Below are positions 36,063 to 46,300 of a DNA stretch of 64,000 bases, piece after piece. Under the pieces are notes generated by a model, which saw only the letters and a program-made list of their open reading frames with translations, did not search any database and was not told where the DNA came from. Position 1 is the stretch's first letter, and the number at the start of each line of letters is the position of its first letter. The stretch comes from Eledone cirrhosa (Eukaryota). The stretch is taken from positions 4,588,001 to 4,652,000 of the forward strand of contig OZ024740.1 in the NCBI GenBank assembly GCA_964016885.1. Reading direction: 5' to 3'. A program made the translations under genes and the position numbers.

Positions 36063-36577
36063 AATAAACATACATATCATCAGTCTCAATAGAAAATCTG
36101 AACTCTGACACCCCCCCCCCCCCCCGCGAGCTGGCCATATTCACTGAACCAGAACATTTCTCCCAATCCCTTTTCTCTTGACCACTATCTCTCCATTGTC
36201 ATAACATTCACTATAAAGACTACAGAATAGTTTTCCAAATAAGGGCGCAAAAATGTAATGAAAACTTGTTCATGTGACAGCCAAATTTCATTTATAACCA
36301 ACCAAATAAAAGCCTTCGTGAGCCTCCTTTTTTCAAGTAAAAAGAAATTCAAACACTCATATATGAAAAAACAACCTGTGACAACCCCCCCCCGCCCTTC
36401 TTATTTGAAGAACTATTGTAACGCGAACTGACGCAAAATTTATTATAATTATTGACAAACCAATCAAATTACTTCTCGAAAAACCTGGAATTTCGAGCCA
36501 CTTTTTCCATATAAAACAAGTAACATTCAGAGACCAACCAGATGTGAGAAAAACCACAGACCCTCCATCTCAACTCA

Positions 36578-36615
36578 CCTTTTGAAAAGCAGAAGAACTG
36601 CGAAACCGGTAAAGG
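36578..36615 (+). ncRNA. Minimal hammerhead ribozyme (family B, U3:A8 core variant), right-arm copy
   Basis: CCTT-TTGAAAA-GCAG-AAGAA-CTGC-GAAA-CCGG-TA-AAGG: stem I CCTT/AAGG, stem II GCAG/CTGC, palindromic stem III ACCGGT, predicted cleavage after A36611. AATAAA follows at ~36620. Confidence 0.75.
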
Positions 36616-36684
36616 AACCAAATAAATATATATATTTTTTTTTAAAATAAGACTTCAGTTGCATTTTCGATTTCATCTCTTTTT

Positions 36685-36728
<44 letters not shown>

Positions 36729-36731
<3 letters not shown>

Positions 36732-36950
36732 GAGGTTATATTTAATTTGTTGGGATTCAACAAGCTTAACAATTCAGGAAGCTCCAACCGTTAAGGTTGT
36801 CTTTTTTTTCCGGGTATGTCAATATTTATTTATAAAACAATCTGTATTTTATCTGATGAAAGCGCACCATAATTTGCCTTGGTTGCCCTTGAAATATGTA
36901 TAATAAAATAAATATGGTTTTATAAATATAGTTTCCATTTATTAATATAT
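36729..36950 (+). mobile_element. Element C: short (TA)n-flanked hammerhead-bearing repeat (Penelope-like or retrozyme remnant)
   Basis: A ~220-bp segment between TA-rich tracts, with a hammerhead near its 3' end. Confidence 0.5.
36845..36910 (+). ncRNA. Minimal type I hammerhead ribozyme (family C, slightly decayed)
   Basis: Stem I TATTTTAT/ATAAAATA; CTGATGA 36853-59; stem II AAGCGCACCA...TGGTTGCCCTT (one mismatch, one bulge); GAAA 36891-94; stem III ATATGTAT; predicted cleavage after A36902. Confidence 0.78.
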
Positions 36951-36977
36951 TGTGTATATATATATATTTATACATAC

Positions 36978-38694
36978 ATGGTGGATCCGACAGAGGGACC
37001 AGCTATTGAGATTGACGAATATAGGGTCCAAGAGGCAATTAGGGAAATGAAAAATGGTAAGGCTGCCGGACCATCGGGAATAGTTGCTGAGATGCTGAAG
37101 GCATCAGGGGACGTAGGCACTAAACTGGTTGCACGCATCATCAATCAGACTATATATGGTGGTGTCATACCCAAAGACTGGTGCAGCAGTATTCTCATAA
37201 ATTGCTACAAAGGTAAAGGGATGCTCTGGAGAGGAGCAATTATAGGGGTATAAAACTGATAGATCACGTTATGAAAGTGGCAGAAAGGATATTAGCACAA
37301 CTAATTAGAGAAAGGGTCAAACTAGATGAGATGCAGTTTGGTTTTGTGCCTAGGAAGAGTACAACAGATGCCCTCTTCTTGGTGAAACAACTACAAGAGA
37401 GGTTCTTAGAGAAGAATAAGTCACTATACTTAGCCTTTGTTGACCTAGAGAAGGCCTTTAATAGGGTACCCCGATCTGTCATCTGGTGGTCCTTAAGGAA
37501 GCTAGGTGTTGAGGAATGGCTCGTGAGGACAGTGCAAACTTTGTACAGAGGTACTCTCAGTAAAGTCAGGGTAGGAATGGAGTTTAGTGAGGAATTCCAG
37601 ATACAAGCAGGAGTACATCAAGGTTCGGTCCTCAGCCCGCTCTTGTTCATTATAGTCCTCCAAGCCACAACAGAGGAGTTTAAGACTGGCTCTCCATGGG
37701 AACTTCTCTACGCTGATGATCTGGTTCTTATAGCAGAATCAGTAGAGGAGCTAGAGAATAAATTCTGGCTATGGAAACAGCAGTTGGAAGCCTGAGAGTG
37801 AACCTAGCTAAGACAAAAGTGTTGATGAGTAGAAAAGAGGACAAAACTCTGATTCCGTCAGGGAAATGGCCATGTTCGATATGCAGAAAAGGAACTGGCA
37901 TAAATTCTATAAAATGCACACAATGCAGATGCTGGGTACACAAGAGATGTAGTGGGATAGCAGGCAAACTAACAGGTAGGGAGAAATATGTATGCAGTAG
38001 ATGTACAGGGAAATTAGACAGTAGAAGTCGCATTGATAGACATATTTTTCAAATGCAGGAGGGCGCTATAGAAGTGGTGGATAGCTTCCAGTTCCTAGGA
38101 GATCAGATTAGCATGGGAGGAGGGTGTTCCGAGGCCATAGTATCTAGAATAAGGACAGGTTGGAAGAAGTTTAGGGAGCTGCTTCCTCTGCTGATGAAGA
38201 AGGGTTTATCCCTGCTTACGAAAGGCCAGTTGTATGATGCCTGTGTGAGGAGCGCGATGCTGCATGGTAGTGAGACATGGGCAGCAACTGCAGAGGATAT
38301 GCGACGGCTGGAGAGAAATGAGGCAAGTATGCTCTGTTGGATGTGCAGTGTCAATGTGCGTAAACGACCCAGCATGAATGTGTTGAGAGAGAAACTGTGT
38401 CTGAGAGGGATAGAATGTAGTGTACGGGAGAGGAGACTGAGGTGGTATGGACATGTAATGCGCATGGAGGATGACCGATCGGTGAAGAAGTGCTAGGAAA
38501 TGCCAGTTGAAGGAAGACGTGGTAGAGGTAGACCACGAAAAACATGGGCGGAGGTGGTGAGAACAGACCTCAGATCGCTGAAGCTCACGGAGAAGGTGGA
38601 TCGTGACGATTCGAGAGATGCTGTGCTGAATAAGACCCGTCCCACCCTTGCAAGCAGGGAAAAGCGGACGTATGATGATGATGATGATGATGAT
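36978..38694 (+). mobile_element. 5'-truncated RTE-clade LINE: RT plus PHD-like finger, (TGA)n tail, inactivated by two frameshifts and a stop
   Basis: Motifs GKAAGPSGI, YKGKG, QFGF, FVDLEKAF, GVHQGSVLSPLLF, YADD (37709-37720), LRWYGHVMR and RGRGRPRKTW. Frameshifts at ~37220 and ~37785, stop at 38494, tail TGATGATGA... at 38672-38694. Confidence 0.95.
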
Positions 38695-38714
38695 ATATAT
38701 AAATATATATATAA

Positions 38715-38767
<53 letters not shown>

Positions 38768-38983
38768 AATATAAATAAAGTGAGAATCTAATTTCGGTGG
38801 GTAGCAAAAGTGAAACGAAACGCAAAATCAGAGTTCTGCTGACAAGGGCTCCATAGTTAAAAAAGCAGAGCTAAACAATATGTGAAGAGGCCATAGGAAA
38901 CTGAAAAAGTGGTCAACAAAGCATTAACCACCTAAGCCAAAAAACAAGTCAAGCTAAACAGGTCACACAAAATAAATGATAAA

Positions 38984-39029
<46 letters not shown>

Positions 39030-39287
39030 TATATATATATCTATATATATATATATATAGTAGAATAATCGAGTATCGAAAAATCGGCGCACGAGTTCAC
39101 GATAAACAAAATTCGAAAATGAGCGGCAGAGGGCTCAATAATTCAGATAAATCAGAGCTATAACTATCGTTAAAATACCGTCACACATAGAACAAGTCTA
39201 TAATCAACCGTACGACCGAAAAATTGCGATCTGGAAGATTCGGAACACTCAGAAAAAATATCAATAAATCAATAAATCAAATGAATG

Positions 39288-39367
<80 letters not shown>

Positions 39368-39373
<6 letters not shown>

Positions 39374-39540
39374 AACAAAAGATGGTTAAAAGAGTTCCAT
39401 GTATTTTATTATGCGCATTTCAAAAACAAATATCATCATGCAATAATATTTGTGTTTTCATCAGATAAAACAGGAGGACATGATATGAAGGCTAAAAAAC
39501 ACTTGTGGATAGTGCAGTTTTAAATCAACTCACCTCCTAC
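39368..39540 (-). mobile_element. Element A (short, internally deleted copy), inverted relative to 34517-34933
   Basis: The reverse complement matches 34517-34530 joined to 34772-34933. (TA)n flanks both sides. Confidence 0.75.
39402..39472 (-). ncRNA. Minimal type I hammerhead ribozyme (family A, second copy)
   Basis: Minus strand reads TGTTTTAT-CTGATGA-AAACACAAATATTATT-GCAT-GATGATATTTGTTTTT-GAAA-TGCGCA-TA-ATAAAATA. The core is identical to the 34829 copy. Confidence 0.85.
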
Positions 39541-39687
39541 ATATATATATATATATATATATATATAAACACATATATATATATATATATACACACATAT
39601 ATATACATATATACATGATGATGACATATAAATATATATATAAATGTCATCATCACCATTGTCATTATTAGCATTTAACAATACTGT

Positions 39688-40280
39688 CATCACTCTCGCA
39701 CTTCCATCACCCTCCCCTTTACCTCACCCTTCCACCACTCCTCCCATCACCTTCACCCTTCCATCACTCTCCCCCTCCATGACTCTCACCCTTCCACCAC
39801 TCACCCCCTCCATCACTTCACCCTTCCATCACTCTCCTCCCTCCATCACCTCTACCACTCTCCCCCTCCATCCCCTTCACCCTTACATCACTCTCCTCCT
39901 GCATCCCCTTCAGCCCCCCCCCCCCCTCCACCCCCTTCCACCACTCTCCTCCTGCATCCCCTTCACCCTTCCATCACTCTTCACCCTTCCATCACTCTCA
40001 CCCTTCCATCACTCTGCCCCTCCATCACCTTCACCCCTCCATCACTCCCTCCCCTCCATCCCCTTCACCCTTCCATCACTCTGCCCCTCCATCACCTTCA
40101 CCCCTCCATCACTCCCTCCCCTCCATCCCCATCACCCCTCCATCACCTTCACCCCTCCATCACCTTCACCCCTCCATCACCTTCACCCCTCCATCACCTT
40201 CACCCCTCCATCACCTTCACCCCTCCATCACTCTCCCCCCTCCACCACTCTCCCCCCTACCATTGCCTCTCTCTCCCATT
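39688..40280. repeat. C-rich degenerate ~18-bp minisatellite (CCATCACCTTCACCCCT-like)
   Basis: Recurrent CCATCAC/TTCACCC modules and almost no G on the + strand. Confidence 0.85.
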
Positions 40281-40329
40281 AATCCTATCCCCTGACACAC
40301 TAAGACACAAAGGTTACCTTAATGTTAAT

Positions 40330-43300
40330 CCTACTCTGTAAAGCTGTGGCATTGATGTCATGATATAATACACCCAGTCCACTCTGTAAAGTGGTGGCAT
40401 TGATGTCATGATATAATACACCCAGTCCACTCTGTAAAGTGGTGGCATGGATGACATGATAAAATACACCCAGTCCACTCTGTAAAGCTGTGGCATTGAT
40501 GACATGATATAATACACCCAGTCCACTCTGTAAAGTGGTGGCATTGATGACATGATAAAATACACCCAGTCCACTCTGTAAAGCTGTGGCATTGATGACA
40601 TGATATAATACACCCAGTCCACTCTGTAAAGTGGTGGCATTGATGACATGATAAAATACACCCAGTCCACTCTGTAAAGTGGTGGCATTGATGACATGAT
40701 AAAATACACCCAGTCCACTCTGTAAAGTGGTGGCATTGATGACATGATAAAATACACCCAGTCCACTCTGTAAAGTGGTGGCATTGATGTCATGATATAA
40801 TACACCCAGTCCACTCTGTAAAGTGGTGGCATTGATGTCATGATATAATACACCCAGTCCACTCTGTAAAGTGGTGGCATTGATGACATGATAAAATACA
40901 CCCAGTCCACTCTGTAAAGTGGTGGCATTGATGACATGATAAAATACACCCAGTCCACTCTGTAAAGTGGTGGCATTGATGTCATGATATAATACACCCA
41001 GTCCACTCTGTAAAGTGGTGGCATTGATGTCATGATAAAATACACCCAGTCCACTCTGTAAAGTGGTGGCATTGATGACATGATAAAATACACCCAGTCC
41101 ACTCTGTAAAGTGGTGGCATTGATGACATGATAAAATACACCCAGTCCACTCTGTAAAGTGGTGGCATTGATGTCATGATATAATACACCCAGTCCACTC
41201 TGTAAAGTGGTGGCATTGATGACATGATATAATACACCCAGTCCACTCTGTAAAGTGGTGGCATTGATGTCATGATATAATACACCCAGTCCACTCTGTA
41301 AAGTGGTGGCATTGATGTCATGATATAATACACCCAGTCCACTCTGTAAAGCTGTGGCATTGATGTCATGATAAAATACACCCAGTCCACTCTGTAAAGT
41401 GGTGGCATTGATGGCATGATAAAATACACCCAGTCCACTCTGTAAAGTGGTGGCATTGATGACATGATATAATACACCCAGTCCACTCTGTAAAGTGGTG
41501 GCATTGATGACATGATAAAATACACCCAGTCCACTCTGTAAAGTGGTGGCATTGATGTCATGATATAATACACCCAGTCCACTCTGTAAAGTGGTGGCAT
41601 TGATGTCATGATATAATACACCCAGTCCACTCTGTAAAGCTGTGGCATTGATGTCATGATAAAATACACCCAGTCCACTCTGTAAAGTGGTGGCATTGAT
41701 GGCATGATAAAATACACCCAGTCCACTCTGTAAAGTGGTGGCATTGATGACATGATATAATACACCCAGTCCACTCTGTAAAGTGGTGGCATTGATGACA
41801 TGATAAAATACACCCAGTCCACTCTGTAAAGTGGTGGCATTGATGACATGATAAAATACACCCAGTCCACTCTGTAAAGTGGTGGCATTGATGGCATGAT
41901 ATAATACACCCAGTCCACTCTGTAAAGTGGTGGCATTGATGGCATGATATAATACACCCAGTCCACTCTGTAAAGTGGTGGCATTGATGACATGATAAAA
42001 TACACCCAGTCCACTCTGTAAAGTGGTGGCATTGATGACATGATATAATACACCCAGTCCACTCTGTAAAGTGGTGGCATTGATGTCATGATATAATACA
42101 CCCAGTCCACTCTGTAAAGCTGTGGCATTGATGTCATGATAAAATACACCCAGTCCACTCTGTAAAGTGGTGGCATTGATGGCATGATATAATACACCCA
42201 GTCCACTCTGTAAAGTGGTGGCATTGATGACATGATAAAATACACCCAGTCCACTCTGTAAAGTGGTGGCATTGATGACATGATAAAATACACCCAGTCC
42301 ACTCTGTAAAGTGGTGGCATTGATGGCATGATATAATACACCCAGTCCACTCTGTAAAGTGGTGGCATTGATGGCATGATATAATACACCCAGTCCACTC
42401 TGTAAAGTGGTGGCATTGATGACATGATAAAATACACCCAGTCCACTCTGTAAAGTGGTGGCATTGATGACATGATAAAATACACCCAGTCCACTCTGTA
42501 AAGTGGTGGCATTGATGTCATGATAAAATACACCCAGTCCACTCTGTAAAGTGGTGGCATTGATGACATGATAAAATACACCCAGTCCACTCTGTAAAGT
42601 GGTGGCATTGATGTCATGATAAAATACACCCAGTCCACTCTGTAAAGTGGTGGCATTGATGACATGATAAAATACACCCAGTCCACTCTGTAAAGTGGTG
42701 GCATTGATGACATGATAAAATACACCCAGTCCACTCTGTAAAGTGGTGGCATTGATGACATGATAAAATACACCCAGTCCACTCTGTAAAGTGGTGGCAT
42801 TGATGACATGATAAAATACACCCAGTCCACTCTGTAAAGTGGTGGCATTGATGACATGATAAAATACACCCAGTCCACTCTGTAAAGTGGTGGCATTGAT
42901 GGCATGATAAAATACACCCAGTCCACTCTGTAAAGTGGTGGCATTGATGACATGATATAATACACCCAGTCCACTCTATAAAGTGGTGGCATTGATGACA
43001 TGATAAAATACACCCAGTCCACTCTGTAAAGTGGTGGCATTGATGTCATGATAAAATACACCCAGTCCACTCTGTAAAGTGGTGGCATTGATGACATGAT
43101 AAAATACACCCAGTCCACTCTGTAAAGTGGTGGCATTGATGACATGATAAAATACACCCAGTCCACTCTGTAAAGTGGTGGCATTGATGGCATGATAAAA
43201 TACACCCAGTCCACTCTGTAAAGTGGTGGCATTGATGACATGATATAATACACCCAGTCCACTCTGTAAAGTGGTGGCATTGATGACATGATAAAATACA

Positions 43301-46300
43301 CCCAGTCCACTCTGTAAAGTGGTGGCATTGATGTCATGATAAAATACACCCAGTCCACTCTGTAAAGTGGTGGCATTGATGACATGATAAAATACACCCA
43401 GTCCACTCTGTAAAGTGGTGGCATTGATGACATGATAAAATACACCCAGTCCACTCTGTAAAGTGGTGGCATTGATGACATGATAAAATACACCCAGTCC
43501 ACTCTGTAAAGTGGTGGCATTGATGACATGATAAAATACACCCAGTCCACTCTGTAAAGTGGTGGCATTGATGTCATGATATAATACACCCAGTCCACTC
43601 TGTAAAGTGGTGGCATTGATGTCATGATATAATACACCCAGTCCACTCTGTAAAGTGGTGGCATTGATGACATGATAAAATACACCCAGTCCACTCTGTA
43701 AAGTGGTGGCATTGATGACATGATAAAATACACCCAGTCCACTCTGTAAAGTGGTGGCATTGATGTCATGATATAATACACCCAGTCCACTCTGTAAAGT
43801 GGTGGCATTGATGTCATGATAAAATACACCCAGTCCACTCTGTAAAGTGGTGGCATTGATGACATGATAAAATACACCCAGTCCACTCTGTAAAGTGGTG
43901 GCATTGATGACATGATAAAATACACCCAGTCCACTCTGTAAAGTGGTGGCATTGATGTCATGATATAATACACCCAGTCCACTCTGTAAAGTGGTGGCAT
44001 TGATGACATGATATAATACACCCAGTCCACTCTGTAAAGTGGTGGCATTGATGTCATGATATAATACACCCAGTCCACTCTGTAAAGTGGTGGCATTGAT
44101 GTCATGATATAATACACCCAGTCCACTCTGTAAAGCTGTGGCATTGATGTCATGATAAAATACACCCAGTCCACTCTGTAAAGTGGTGGCATTGATGGCA
44201 TGATAAAATACACCCAGTCCACTCTGTAAAGTGGTGGCATTGATGACATGATATAATACACCCAGTCCACTCTGTAAAGTGGTGGCATTGATGACATGAT
44301 AAAATACACCCAGTCCACTCTGTAAAGTGGTGGCATTGATGTCATGATATAATACACCCAGTCCACTCTGTAAAGTGGTGGCATTGATGTCATGATATAA
44401 TACACCCAGTCCACTCTGTAAAGCTGTGGCATTGATGTCATGATAAAATACACCCAGTCCACTCTGTAAAGTGGTGGCATTGATGGCATGATAAAATACA
44501 CCCAGTCCACTCTGTAAAGTGGTGGCATTGATGACATGATATAATACACCCAGTCCACTCTGTAAAGTGGTGGCATTGATGACATGATAAAATACACCCA
44601 GTCCACTCTGTAAAGTGGTGGCATTGATGACATGATAAAATACACCCAGTCCACTCTGTAAAGTGGTGGCATTGATGGCATGATATAATACACCCAGTCC
44701 ACTCTGTAAAGTGGTGGCATTGATGGCATGATATAATACACCCAGTCCACTCTGTAAAGTGGTGGCATTGATGACATGATAAAATACACCCAGTCCACTC
44801 TGTAAAGTGGTGGCATTGATGACATGATATAATACACCCAGTCCACTCTGTAAAGTGGTGGCATTGATGTCATGATATAATACACCCAGTCCACTCTGTA
44901 AAGCTGTGGCATTGATGTCATGATAAAATACACCCAGTCCACTCTGTAAAGTGGTGGCATTGATGGCATGATATAATACACCCAGTCCACTCTGTAAAGT
45001 GGTGGCATTGATGACATGATAAAATACACCCAGTCCACTCTGTAAAGTGGTGGCATTGATGACATGATAAAATACACCCAGTCCACTCTGTAAAGTGGTG
45101 GCATTGATGGCATGATATAATACACCCAGTCCACTCTGTAAAGTGGTGGCATTGATGGCATGATATAATACACCCAGTCCACTCTGTAAAGTGGTGGCAT
45201 TGATGACATGATAAAATACACCCAGTCCACTCTGTAAAGTGGTGGCATTGATGACATGATAAAATACACCCAGTCCACTCTGTAAAGTGGTGGCATTGAT
45301 GTCATGATAAAATACACCCAGTCCACTCTGTAAAGTGGTGGCATTGATGACATGATAAAATACACCCAGTCCACTCTGTAAAGTGGTGGCATTGATGTCA
45401 TGATAAAATACACCCAGTCCACTCTGTAAAGTGGTGGCATTGATGACATGATAAAATACACCCAGTCCACTCTGTAAAGTGGTGGCATTGATGACATGAT
45501 AAAATACACCCAGTCCACTCTGTAAAGTGGTGGCATTGATGACATGATAAAATACACCCAGTCCACTCTGTAAAGTGGTGGCATTGATGACATGATAAAA
45601 TACACCCAGTCCACTCTGTAAAGTGGTGGCATTGATGACATGATAAAATACACCCAGTCCACTCTGTAAAGTGGTGGCATTGATGGCATGATAAAATACA
45701 CCCAGTCCACTCTGTAAAGTGGTGGCATTGATGACATGATATAATACACCCAGTCCACTCTGTAAAGTGGTGGCATTGATGACATGATAAAATACACCCA
45801 GTCCACTCTGTAAAGTGGTGGCATTGATGTCATGATAAAATACACCCAGTCCACTCTGTAAAGTGGTGGCATTGATGACATGATAAAATACACCCAGTCC
45901 ACTCTGTAAAGTGGTGGCATTGATGACATGATAAAATACACCCAGTCCACTCTGTAAAGTGGTGGCATTGATGGCATGATAAAATACACCCAGTCCACTC
46001 TGTAAAGTGGTGGCATTGATGACATGATATAATACACCCAGTCCACTCTGTAAAGTGGTGGCATTGATGACATGATAAAATACACCCAGTCCACTCTGTA
46101 AAGTGGTGGCATTGATGTCATGATAAAATACACCCAGTCCACTCTGTAAAGTGGTGGCATTGATGACATGATAAAATACACCCAGTCCACTCTGTAAAGT
46201 GGTGGCATTGATGACATGATAAAATACACCCAGTCCACTCTGTAAAGTGGTGGCATTGATGGCATGATAAAATACACCCAGTCCACTCTGTAAAGTGGTG

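Larger units (their letters stand above)
35061..36691. repeat. Element B: long, near-identical inverted repeat (arms 35061-35658 and 36087-36691, ~600 bp each, 428-bp spacer)
   Basis: The arms are reverse complements (TATAAAGAAAAAGAGATG... / ...CATCTCTTTTTCTTTATA; inner ends TTCTATTG / CAATAGAA). ORFs 35195(+) and 36357(-) are nearly identical. Differences are mostly G/C homopolymer lengths. Confidence 0.95.

Noticed and set aside
38836-38882. Possible decayed hammerhead (CTGACAA-GGGCTC...GAGCT-AAAC)
   Set aside because: Both core boxes are defective and there is no convincing stem I or III.
33269-40282. Short ORFs such as poly-Met 33269, IY-repeat ORFs, Pro/Ser/His-rich 39644 and the twin ORFs 35195/36357
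   Set aside because: They derive from microsatellites, low-complexity sequence, LINE antisense strands or the inverted repeat, and have no recognisable domains.
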